Virus record (IMG/VR): IMGVR_UViG_3300046786_000370
Coordinates: 1 to 15,926 of that record
From: a virus
Lineage: Duplodnaviria > Heunggongvirae > Uroviricota > Caudoviricetes
Reading direction: 5' to 3' (one strand)
Length of the DNA stretch: 15,926 nt
Below the pieces are notes generated by a model. The model was not told the origin of the DNA, did no database searches, and saw nothing but the letters and a program-made list of their open reading frames with translations. The position numbers and the translations under genes were made by a program. Numbering within the stretch: the first letter of the stretch is position 1; every line of letters begins with the position of its first letter. Below, one piece after another: positions 1 through 7,497 of the stretch.

Positions 1-50
1 ACAGCAAGACCCAAAGTCAAACAATTCATTCCATTAATGGAGGAGTTAGA

Positions 51-773
51 ATGACAAAACGACAACAAAAACGTGTTCAACCACAGGAACACGCCGCAGT
101 TCTGCATATTGAAAAATATCGTAAAGAGCGCCAAAAGCAAGTAGAAATTCTACCTAAGAATATTAGACAAGAAGATTATCTTGCTCTGTTAGAAGATCCA
201 AGAAAAAGCATTGTGTTTGCCATCGGACCAGCTGGTACAGGTAAAACGCTGTTGGCTTGCCTTTTAGCAGTACGTGAGTTGAAGGCCGGCAGAATTCAAA
301 AAATTGTAATTACAAGACCAGCAGTTAGTGTTGACGAACAACATGGATTTCTGCCTGGCACGCTTATTGATAAGATGGCACCATGGACACGACCTATATT
401 CGATGTCTTCGAACAATTTTGGGCTCCAAAATATATTGAAAACATGATTGAGGAAAACGTCATTGAAGTGGCACCTTTGGCCTACATGAGAGGAAGAACA
501 TTTGAAAATTCAATACTATTAGCAGACGAGATGCAAAATGCTACACCTAGTCAAATGAAGATGCTATTAACACGCATCGGCAATAATAGTAGAATTTTTG
601 TTACCGGAGACTTAGCCCAACATGACAGGGGCTTTGAGGCAAACGGACTCAAGGATTTTATTACTAGATTAGAAGCATCATCCAGTAAGATGATTGGCAC
701 TGTGGAGTTTGAACAGCGGGACGTTGAGCGTCATGCCGCTGTAGCCGAGGTATTAAAGATTTACGGAGAGTAA
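51..773 (+). CDS. phoH: PhoH-like ATPase (PhoH family)
   Basis: Walker A GPAGTGKT plus PhoH-family motifs ITRPAV, GFLPG, PLAYMRGRTF, DEMQN, GDLAQHD and C-terminal RH; GGAGGAG Shine-Dalgarno at 39-45. Confidence 0.95.
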   Translation: MTKRQQKRVQPQEHAAVLHIEKYRKERQKQVEILPKNIRQEDYLALLEDPRKSIVFAIGPAGTGKTLLACLLAVRELKAGRIQKIVITRPAVSVDEQHGFLPGTLIDKMAPWTRPIFDVFEQFWAPKYIENMIEENVIEVAPLAYMRGRTFENSILLADEMQNATPSQMKMLLTRIGNNSRIFVTGDLAQHDRGFEANGLKDFITRLEASSSKMIGTVEFEQRDVERHAAVAEVLKIYGE

Positions 774-774
774 A

Positions 775-816
775 TTATAAACTGTTTGATGCGGGTCTTG
801 CACCACAGTTTTTATA
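775..816. terminator. Imperfect hairpin between convergent phoH and clamp-loader genes; candidate bidirectional intrinsic terminator
   Basis: AAACTGT (779-785) pairs with ACAGTTT (805-811) around an inner TGC-N7-GCA stem; A/T tracts on both flanks; lies in the 38-nt gap between two converging stop codons. Confidence 0.4.
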
Positions 817-1762
817 AAATACCGCGACGCAGTCTGTCAAGTTTAACCATTGTAGCACTAAGGTTGATTTCAGGATCACCACACAAACTGTGGTTGACTA
901 AACCTTCTTTAATGATAACAATAGCCAAGTCTTGAACGTCTTCATCTGTGCCCCAGAACTCAAGATTGCGATATAGGAACTTGTAGACTTCTTCGTATTC
1001 TTCGAGTCCAATCTTTTTACAAATGTGTTCACGTGCCTGTCGCACACGCCCATTCTGAATCATAGCGATTGCTTCTAACTTCCATTCGCTGGTATCGGTA
1101 CTTTGGCCTGCGCCAGGTAAGACTAACTTGCCACTGTTGCTGTATTGTTGAGCTGTATTAATTGCTTTACGCAAATCTGGATACATTGCCTTAACAAACT
1201 TTTGTAGCGTATCTACATCTTCTTCAGTTTCAATCTTAACGCCTTCTGTTTGTAGAATCTCTGCGATTCTAGCTAAGAAGTCTGTTTCATCTAACTGATG
1301 GAAACTAAAGCCTTGACAACGACTATGTAGCGCAGGCATAATCTTGTGTGGCATATTACAAGTTAGAATAAACTTAGCCACATTACTGTACTGCTCTAAC
1401 ATGCCACGCAATACTGCCTGTGCGTTGGGACTTAGATAGTCTGCTTCGTCGAGGATAATAACACGAAAGTCACCAAAGCTCATACTACGACAAAAGTTAC
1501 TGACTTTCTCACGAAGGTTATCGACACCGGTTTCATGACTGGCGTTAATGAACATAATGTCTGCTTTTTGTACGTCTAGTTCATTACATAGAACTTTGGC
1601 CAGTGTAGTTTTACCTGTGCCTGGAGGGCCGCTTAGTAGCAAGTGCGGAATGTTTTTGTCTTTAATCCAACCCTCGACCATAAGTTTTTGGCCAGGGTCA
1701 ATCCAAACGTAATCTTTAATATTCTGAGGCCTGTAACGTTCTACCCATAAGTAATTCGACAT
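812..1762 (-). CDS. Sliding-clamp loader AAA+ subunit (RFC small subunit / T4 gp44-like)
   Basis: N-terminal LWVERYRP (canonical WVEKYRP), Walker A GPPGTGKT, INAS motif, Walker B IILDEAD, FILTCN, SRC arginine finger, DLRKAIN; 316 aa. Confidence 0.93.
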   Translation of the reverse strand: MSNYLWVERYRPQNIKDYVWIDPGQKLMVEGWIKDKNIPHLLLSGPPGTGKTTLAKVLCNELDVQKADIMFINASHETGVDNLREKVSNFCRSMSFGDFRVIILDEADYLSPNAQAVLRGMLEQYSNVAKFILTCNMPHKIMPALHSRCQGFSFHQLDETDFLARIAEILQTEGVKIETEEDVDTLQKFVKAMYPDLRKAINTAQQYSNSGKLVLPGAGQSTDTSEWKLEAIAMIQNGRVRQAREHICKKIGLEEYEEVYKFLYRNLEFWGTDEDVQDLAIVIIKEGLVNHSLCGDPEINLSATMVKLDRLRRGIL

Positions 1763-2438
1763 AATTTATCTTTCTGTGATTTAACACTAATATTACATTA
1801 TAACTGTTTTCAACACATGCTGTCAACTTTGCTATGTTCTTTTTTTCTAATTCCAAATCTTTACCGTTTTTATTCCATGTCCAACTTGATTTGATTTCGT
1901 AAATTGTATTATCTATAATAAAATCACTAATATATAATCGACTTTCGTTATCTATAGGATCAATATAGTAGATTGATGGACCCCGACTTATATTATCTTT
2001 TATCCACTGTATTCCTTTTTCACTTTCTAATTCTTCAAGAAATTCATATTCATATGTTCCTTGATATTTTATTTCTGTTTCTTTATAGTCTAATAATGGA
2101 CACTGAAGATTGTTTTGCCAAGGAGTTTCTTCCCAATGCTTTTGCATAGTTTTAGAAAGACGTTTGTAGTGTCCGTTATTTTTTCTAGTTTCGGCACCTT
2201 TTATTTGAGATGTTTTTGTTATCCCTAATCTTGTTCTAGTTTCTAATGACTTGGCAGCATTTTCTTTATGATCGGCATTTTCAATAAATTTTTTTCTTTT
2301 TTCAGGACAAGAATTATAATGTGTAGAGCAACATTTTTTGCCGGCGGAGAATTGGAACTTTGCAACTTGACCGCAGCCATAATTGCAAAGTTCGTTAGTA
2401 ATAATAGGTGTTGCTTTGGGTATACTCTTTTTTCGCAT
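1716..2438 (-). CDS. Free-standing putative homing endonuclease, PD-(D/E)XK fold, with N-terminal Cys-rich putative Zn-binding segment
   Basis: C-terminal YISDF...IYEIKSSWTW resembles the PD...(D/E)xK catalytic motif; N-terminal CNYGCG...CC...C cluster; visibly more AT-rich than neighbours; 3' end overlaps the clamp-loader start by 47 nt. Confidence 0.7.
   Translation of the reverse strand: MRKKSIPKATPIITNELCNYGCGQVAKFQFSAGKKCCSTHYNSCPEKRKKFIENADHKENAAKSLETRTRLGITKTSQIKGAETRKNNGHYKRLSKTMQKHWEETPWQNNLQCPLLDYKETEIKYQGTYEYEFLEELESEKGIQWIKDNISRGPSIYYIDPIDNESRLYISDFIIDNTIYEIKSSWTWNKNGKDLELEKKNIAKLTACVENSYNVILVLNHRKINYVELLMGRTLQASEY
1739..1760 (-). repeat. Functional clamp-loader 5' end; one copy of an imperfect direct repeat flanking the endonuclease gene
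   Basis: 1739-1754 matches 2465-2480 at 14/16 nt, including an exact TTCTACCCA 9-mer; a further GAC matches after a 3-nt gap. Confidence 0.8.
1797..1826 (-). promoter_or_regulatory. Consensus sigma70 promoter for the clamp loader, embedded in the endonuclease CDS
   Basis: Minus strand TTGACA (1826-1821), 18-nt spacer, TATAAT (1802-1797); clamp-loader ATG 35 nt downstream of the -10, with AGAAAGA SD-like sequence before it. Confidence 0.75.
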
Positions 2439-2443
2439 ATACT

Positions 2444-2450
2444 TATTTAT
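2444..2450 (-). promoter_or_regulatory. T4-like late promoter core (ATAAATA) 5 nt upstream of the endonuclease ATG
   Basis: Minus strand reads CTACGC-ATAAATA-AGTAT-ATG; no SD between the motif and ATG. Confidence 0.55.
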
Positions 2451-2464
2451 GCGTAGAGACTAAT

Positions 2465-2483
2465 TTCTACCCACAAATAAGAC
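2465..2483 (-). pseudogene. Decayed duplicate of the clamp-loader 5' end directly after the groES stop
   Basis: Minus strand (TA)AG TCT TAT TTG TGG GTA GAA encodes (K)SYLWVE versus MSNYLWVE of the real gene; start codon lost; frame closes 5 codons later. Confidence 0.7.
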
Positions 2484-2852
2484 TTAGCGAGCGCCAAAGT
2501 CTTCAGGGCGAACGCCACTGCTTAGATCAAATGATTCGCCAAACATTTCTTCTTTGGGTTCTTCATCTGTTACTAACATGATACCATTAGGATCAATCTT
2601 TTGGAATTTAAAATCGTCGCCATTGTCGTCTTTAATAGTAATAGTCATGGTCCAACGACCATGTTCAACTAGTATCCATTGACCTACATCAATGTCTTTG
2701 ACATCTTCGGCAATTTTCCAAACTTTTGCCCAGCGAGGCCTGATGCCTTCCTGTTTTCCATTATCATCACGTAAAATAATACCGCCGGCTGTAGTGCGGC
2801 TTCCTGTTTGCAATACTGCAAAAATATTTCCTGGTAAAGGATGAATATTCAA
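2484..2852 (-). CDS. groES: Co-chaperonin GroES (Cpn10)-like protein
   Basis: HPLPG start, mobile-loop TTAGGIIL, DIDVGQWILVEHG; TTG start codon right after the upstream TAA, with an AGGAG SD about 9 nt upstream; acidic C-terminal extension. Confidence 0.8.
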   Translation of the reverse strand: MNIHPLPGNIFAVLQTGSRTTAGGIILRDDNGKQEGIRPRWAKVWKIAEDVKDIDVGQWILVEHGRWTMTITIKDDNGDDFKFQKIDPNGIMLVTDEEPKEEMFGESFDLSSGVRPEDFGAR

Positions 2853-3236
2853 TTACAAATCTCCTGTATTTCCTGCTCGACTATCAATATCAACCCTTGT
2901 TTCTATTTTAGTTTCAAGCTTGTCTTGAATCTCTACGCTGCCATCAGCATAGGTAATTTCCCAACGTGGCACTCCGTCTGCGCCAACAATTTCTTTTCTA
3001 CCAATTTCCTGTTCCATTGGATTCAGTTTTACTGTAGTTGTGGTTGCTTGCCCACTCTTTTTATTGTACATTTCTGTGGTGATTTGCTGGCGTGTGGCTA
3101 TAATTTTGCCGCCTGGGCCTAGTAAATCACCACGGGCGTTTCTATTACTATTGCCAACGGCCACTGATTCGCCTTTGGCATCAGCAAATGCCTGCATATT
3201 AAATTCTCTACCACGATTCGTTCTGTGTTGGCTCAT
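2853..3236 (-). CDS. Hypothetical phage protein (AVGN..NARGD.LGPGG motif)
   Basis: 127-aa ORF coupled to both neighbours (ATGA overlap upstream, stop abutting the groES start); the motif resembles conserved large-phage hypotheticals (recalled, not searched). Confidence 0.7.
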   Translation of the reverse strand: MSQHRTNRGREFNMQAFADAKGESVAVGNSNRNARGDLLGPGGKIIATRQQITTEMYNKKSGQATTTTVKLNPMEQEIGRKEIVGADGVPRWEITYADGSVEIQDKLETKIETRVDIDSRAGNTGDL

Positions 3237-3715
3237 TTTAAAAATTCCTTAATGTCTAAGTTAAACTTATAACTATCTATTCTGTGTATGCCTATCAAAT
3301 ATAGTACATAACTGGCAATACTACTGCCCCTACCTACACCATATATGATATTGTTTGATCTTAGTATTGTAACAAAATAACAAAGAAAGCGCAACAAATC
3401 TAATAAGTTTCTTTTTTCAAATTCTTGTAATTCTTCGTCAATTCTAATCCACTGTGCTGCCGTTAAATTTGGATGTAATTTTTCTATATAGTTTATTACA
3501 TCTAAGCTTTCGTATTCAACTGGCATAGCCCAATGAATATCGCTACGATCAGACGCTAGTTTGAATGGAACATCTAATCCGTATTTTTTACAAGTAGATT
3601 CAAATTGTTGAAATGACGTTTTATTGCTGGGCAATATTTTTACTTGCCGATTAGCCAACATCAACTCTACAATTTCATTATCGTCTATATACATTTGACC
3701 CTTGTTGTTTATCAT
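3233..3715 (-). CDS. Stand-alone fragment of DNA polymerase III alpha (DnaE/family C), ending just before the catalytic DxD
   Basis: RIDEEL..FEKRNL...L..FV..LRSNNIIYGVGRGSSIASYVLYLIGIHRIDS.KFNLD..EFL matches the DnaE segment GxGRGSxAGSLVAYxLGITxIDPxxYxLxFERFL; only 160 aa. Confidence 0.8.
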   Translation of the reverse strand: MINNKGQMYIDDNEIVELMLANRQVKILPSNKTSFQQFESTCKKYGLDVPFKLASDRSDIHWAMPVEYESLDVINYIEKLHPNLTAAQWIRIDEELQEFEKRNLLDLLRFLCYFVTILRSNNIIYGVGRGSSIASYVLYLIGIHRIDSYKFNLDIKEFLK

Positions 3716-3936
3716 TATCCGATGCTTAAATAATCATCAAATCCATCGCCCCTGTCTGCTTTCTGCATTTGCCGCAGATCTTGTTGAGCAAATCTAACTT
3801 CCTGTAACATAAATTCAAAGTGACCAATGACTTGTGGATTCGCGTTTGCTCTCAGAGCCACATTCATTTTTTTAATAATTGCTCGTTCACGTTCTAACAA
3901 TTCGTTCAAACGCTGTTCCGTAGTATTATCAGCCAT
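3715..3936 (-). CDS. Hypothetical helical protein
   Basis: 73-aa ORF overlapping the sufA stop by 8 nt and the dnaE-fragment start by 1 nt (TAATG); amphipathic-helix composition. Confidence 0.65.
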   Translation of the reverse strand: MADNTTEQRLNELLERERAIIKKMNVALRANANPQVIGHFEFMLQEVRFAQQDLRQMQKADRGDGFDDYLSIG

Positions 3937-4258
3937 TTTTAAAATTTACACTTTCTCCGCAACCGCAACTGTGTGCGACATGTGGATTAACTATAGACAA
4001 TCTACTATTAATTCCGATATTCTCAATGACAACTTCGCTGTCAATGACATAAGGCAATGCTTTATTATTGACAACAACAAAATGGTCGTCATCTAAATTA
4101 ACAATATGGTCACTGGTCTTAATAGCAACTGGAGTCCAAGTATATTTGTAACCTGTACATCCTTGTTGCTCTAAACCCAATTCGACACCTGGGCGGCGAC
4201 TGCGCTCAAGCATATTGACAATATATGTTTTTGCCTCTTCAGATATTGTTAGTATCAT
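3929..4258 (-). CDS. sufA: A-type Fe-S cluster carrier (SufA/IscA, HesB family)
   Basis: LTISEEA start, QGCTGYKY and C-terminal NPHVAHSCGCGESVNF: all three conserved Cys present. Confidence 0.92.
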   Translation of the reverse strand: MILTISEEAKTYIVNMLERSRRPGVELGLEQQGCTGYKYTWTPVAIKTSDHIVNLDDDHFVVVNNKALPYVIDSEVVIENIGINSRLSIVNPHVAHSCGCGESVNFKNG

Positions 4259-4578
4259 ACTTTTGCTAATACTTTTACTAGTTCTTCTTTAGTACTGCGA
4301 GCTTTAACTTCCAAGCCATGCTGAGCAACTAGTGCCAACAAATCTTTCTTAGTCATTTTGTTTAAGTCAACACGTTTGTATTTTGCTTTGACTGTAACTG
4401 GTGCAACTTCAAAAGCTGGTGTTGGTAACACCTCGGCCGGAACAACTGCTTCTTTGACAACAACTACAGCGTCTGTGCCCACTGACATATCTACTGTTGG
4501 TGTTTCAACTTTATAAGGTGCTTCTGCAGCCTTAGTATCACTCTTGCCAGTGATCCATGCTAATATTGCTTTGATCAT
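4255..4578 (-). CDS. Hypothetical protein: Ala/Val/Pro-rich linker plus C-terminal HeH/SAP/Rho-N-like helix-extension-helix domain
   Basis: DLNKMTKKDLLALVAQHGLEVKARSTKEELVKVL fits the L..MT..EL......GL......K.ELI..L pattern; overlaps sufT by 41 nt and sufA by 4 nt. Confidence 0.6.
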   Translation of the reverse strand: MIKAILAWITGKSDTKAAEAPYKVETPTVDMSVGTDAVVVVKEAVVPAEVLPTPAFEVAPVTVKAKYKRVDLNKMTKKDLLALVAQHGLEVKARSTKEELVKVLAKV

Positions 4579-4897
4579 AATCGTACATTCCCATTTCTAA
4601 TCTTGCCTCTTCGGATACTCTTTCGGGAGTCCACGGAGGATCAAACACCACTTCTACTGAAGCAGTTCTCGTAGTATTTAACTCTGCCAACGCTTTTTCT
4701 ACTTGCACACGCACCTCTTCGGGTATTTCTTCTGCGCTTGGACAAAAAGCACTTGTTAGTGTCATAGTTATTTTAACATCTGTGTCTGTAACTGTCAAAT
4801 CATAGATAAGTCCTAAGTCATAGATGTTTACCGGAATTTCCGGATCATACACTGACTTTAAACCAGCGATAATTTTATCTTTAATTTGATCATTCAT
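4538..4897 (-). CDS. sufT: SufT / DUF59 (MIP18-family) Fe-S maturation protein
   Basis: LKSVYDPEIPVNIYDLGLIY, MTLTSAFCP (conserved Cys), VVFDPPWTPERVSEEARLEMG. Confidence 0.92.
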   Translation of the reverse strand: MNDQIKDKIIAGLKSVYDPEIPVNIYDLGLIYDLTVTDTDVKITMTLTSAFCPSAEEIPEEVRVQVEKALAELNTTRTASVEVVFDPPWTPERVSEEARLEMGMYDYDQSNISMDHWQE

Positions 4898-5268
4898 AAT
4901 GTTTTGATTTTTGCTATTAAATTAGCTACGCCATTTTGGCGGCCCATACTTAATAATGGTGCTAATCCGATATCTGTGAGTGTATTTAAGCTGAAATTCA
5001 CTTGCTGTATTTGACTTGCTTGATTATACCAATCACAGATCATCGACGCAATACCTTGTACTATTAGACTGTCGCCATAGCAGTAAATTTTATCTTCAAT
5101 CTTTTCGACCCATAAATTGCTAGTGCAACCTTTGACTAAATTGACTTCATTTTTTGTAACAGAAAACACAGGCTTGGCAATGGCACCGTATTCAATGATC
5201 CAGTCATATTTGTCCATAGCGTCTTCTAACTCAAACAGCTCGTTGAACATGTTTTGAAAGTCTAGCAT
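4894..5268 (-). CDS. sufE: SufE sulfur-acceptor / cysteine desulfurase activator
   Basis: KYDWIIEYG, NLVKGCTSNLW (persulfide Cys), GDSLIVQG, GLAPLLSMGRQNG; AGGAG SD 7 nt upstream, inside sufS. Confidence 0.88.
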   Translation of the reverse strand: MLDFQNMFNELFELEDAMDKYDWIIEYGAIAKPVFSVTKNEVNLVKGCTSNLWVEKIEDKIYCYGDSLIVQGIASMICDWYNQASQIQQVNFSLNTLTDIGLAPLLSMGRQNGVANLIAKIKTL

Positions 5269-6427
5269 GTATTTCTCCTAAGCTATCTAAAGCTAATTCT
5301 ATTTCTTGCCTTGTTGTATAGCAACCCCAACTTAATCGCAATAACGCACCATTACTTAATTGAGTAACCAACGGTTCGGCACATAACTTGCCACTTCGAA
5401 TCATAATGTTATTAGCGTCTAACATCATTGTATAATCTTCTACTGTGCCTACTACTGGTTCCAAACAAAGCAATCCAGAATCTGTTTTACTAACAGGCGT
5501 AAATTGTGCTAATGATATTTGGTCGTTGATAATTTTAGCAAGACTGATGTCATGCTCTTCTATATCATTTTGATGTTCTATTAGCCATTCAACAAGCCTA
5601 GGTATGGCGCAGATAGCACTGAGATTTTGTGTACCACTTTCGAACTTAGTAGCATTCTTAGTCCAAGTTACAGAGTCTGTGCTAACACTGGTAACAGTAC
5701 CGCCACCTGGACGAACTGGATCAAAGTTTAACCAAACTGGATCTATAAGCAAACAACCTAATCCCATTGGACCATAGACTTTGTGCCAAGAGAACGCAAC
5801 AAAGTCGAATCCACTAATATCTATTCTGCGCTTACTAATGATTTGACTAGCATCAATAACACTAACAGCCGCAACTTCTAAGGCAATCTTTTTAATGGCA
5901 TCTAAGTCATTGACTAAGCCTAGTACATTGCTGACAGCGTTAACGGCAATGACTTTACTGACTGCCATTGGCTCTTGTTTAATCTTTGCTTGTAAGTCAT
6001 TTAAGTCTAAGCGTCCGTCCTTGTCCAAATTAATAAACACAACTTTCCATTTAGCGTTACCTGACTGTGTCCAAGGTAAAATTAAACTGTGATGACTGTC
6101 GATACCAACAAATACTACGCCAGAGGACATTGCACTCATAATCATAGCCGCGGCATCGTTTAATCCCTGTGTAGTGCCACTGTTATAAACAATACGCTTT
6201 TCCGGATGATTAATGTTGAGCCATTTACCAATAAGTTCTTTGCTTAGATGATACTGCTGGTCAACCCATGTACCCATGCTGTTACCACTACGATGAGCAT
6301 TACTTTTGTGATCAAGCATAAAATCTCGCTGATCTTCTGCCACTGTATACAATGTTTGGCTTGTTGCCGCACTATCCAGATATATTATATCTTGTTTGCG
6401 TTTGAAAAATGGAAAACTATCACGCAT
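5231..6427 (-). CDS. sufS: SufS-type (group II) PLP-dependent cysteine desulfurase
   Basis: IYLDSAATSQ, SNAHR, HHSLILPW, DASQ, FSWHKVYGPMG (PLP Lys), FESGTQN, IRSGKLCAEPL (catalytic Cys), RLSWGCY; 398 aa. Confidence 0.92.
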   Translation of the reverse strand: MRDSFPFFKRKQDIIYLDSAATSQTLYTVAEDQRDFMLDHKSNAHRSGNSMGTWVDQQYHLSKELIGKWLNINHPEKRIVYNSGTTQGLNDAAAMIMSAMSSGVVFVGIDSHHSLILPWTQSGNAKWKVVFINLDKDGRLDLNDLQAKIKQEPMAVSKVIAVNAVSNVLGLVNDLDAIKKIALEVAAVSVIDASQIISKRRIDISGFDFVAFSWHKVYGPMGLGCLLIDPVWLNFDPVRPGGGTVTSVSTDSVTWTKNATKFESGTQNLSAICAIPRLVEWLIEHQNDIEEHDISLAKIINDQISLAQFTPVSKTDSGLLCLEPVVGTVEDYTMMLDANNIMIRSGKLCAEPLVTQLSNGALLRLSWGCYTTRQEIELALDSLGEIHARLSKHVQRAV

Positions 6428-6851
6428 CTAATAAACTCTGCTTAATTAATTCTTTATAATCGCTAACGCCCCTGCTAGCGAGATAATACTTATCCTCAGG
6501 TTTTAATGTTCCTAAAGCATTACCATGTGTTGCAATAATTTTGCTGTTACGGATAAACATTTCAGGTCTTGCTTTTATTTTACTCTTATCAAAAGGCCAA
6601 CTACGGATCTGTATATCTGTTTCAACCCCACTGACTTCTTTTGGCACATCTAATGTACAAACACAGTCTACTTCGCTGGTTCCTTCTGCGTAGATATAAA
6701 TCTTTACTTTGAATTTAGTGTCCGGGTGTGGTTTTAATTTAATATTAGCAATACACTTGCCGTCGGTTTGTATAAACACAAACTCGTATTCAGATCGTGT
6801 AGGCACTAATACTAAATCTAAACTTTCAGCATCCAAATAGACTTTACGCAT
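6420..6851 (-). CDS. sufD: Truncated (mini) SufD: C-terminal beta-helix turns plus SufC-binding helices
   Basis: RPEMFIRNSKIIATHGNALGTL..EDKYYLASRG matches the SufD tail P.LEI.ADDV.(C/A)SHG...G......YL.SRG; position between sufC and sufS; only 143 aa. Confidence 0.8.
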   Translation of the reverse strand: MRKVYLDAESLDLVLVPTRSEYEFVFIQTDGKCIANIKLKPHPDTKFKVKIYIYAEGTSEVDCVCTLDVPKEVSGVETDIQIRSWPFDKSKIKARPEMFIRNSKIIATHGNALGTLKPEDKYYLASRGVSDYKELIKQSLLDA

Positions 6852-7497
6852 TACTTAAATCCAATTTGTTATCACTGTATTTTGCTTGTAGTTCTTTGTC
6901 GTGTGTTACCAACAATACTGAGCCGCCATTACCACAAGTTTCTGCGATTAAGTCGATGATTTTTTGACGACTGCTTTGTTCCAGGCCGCTGTCTGGTTCA
7001 TCTAGTAGCAATAATTTTGTTTTGTTTTTAAGATATACAGCTTGTACGATTTCATTCTTCTTACGTTCGCCGCCACTGGCACCGAGATTAAATTGTCGCT
7101 TTTCCCAACCTTCTGGTAAACCAATCCAATTGAACAATGATTTACTAAGTTTAATTAAATCACTGGTTGAACCCGAGACGTTTTGAACTTTTTGTATTTC
7201 TTTAAACAATGTCATAGTATTAACACCATCTATACTGGGAGGGCTTTGATGTGCCATAAAAACTCCTACTTGACTGCGTTCATGGCATTCCATGTTATGT
7301 AACTCTGTATTGTCTAAATGAATATCGCCTGTGGTAGTAATATCAGGACGACCCATGATAGCGTGTAGTAGTGTACTTTTACCTGCGCCATTTTGTCCTG
7401 TTACTAGTAAACACTTGCCCTTGGACAACTCGATGTTTACATTGTTTAAGATTTGTTTGTCGCCAATGCTCGCCGATAAGTTTGTAATTTTTAGCAT
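6844..7497 (-). CDS. sufC: SufC ABC-type ATPase of the SUF scaffold
   Basis: Walker A GQNGAGKS followed by IMG, Q-loop FMAHQSP, RQFNLGASGGERKKNEI (SufC-type signature), LLLDEPDSGL, LLVTH switch; 217 aa. Confidence 0.92.
   Translation of the reverse strand: MLKITNLSASIGDKQILNNVNIELSKGKCLLVTGQNGAGKSTLLHAIMGRPDITTTGDIHLDNTELHNMECHERSQVGVFMAHQSPPSIDGVNTMTLFKEIQKVQNVSGSTSDLIKLSKSLFNWIGLPEGWEKRQFNLGASGGERKKNEIVQAVYLKNKTKLLLLDEPDSGLEQSSRQKIIDLIAETCGNGGSVLLVTHDKELQAKYSDNKLDLSNA

Noticed and set aside
6420-6851. sufD as a frameshifted pseudogene
   Set aside because: No upstream sufD remnant; the start is coupled to the sufC stop and key C-terminal motifs are intact.
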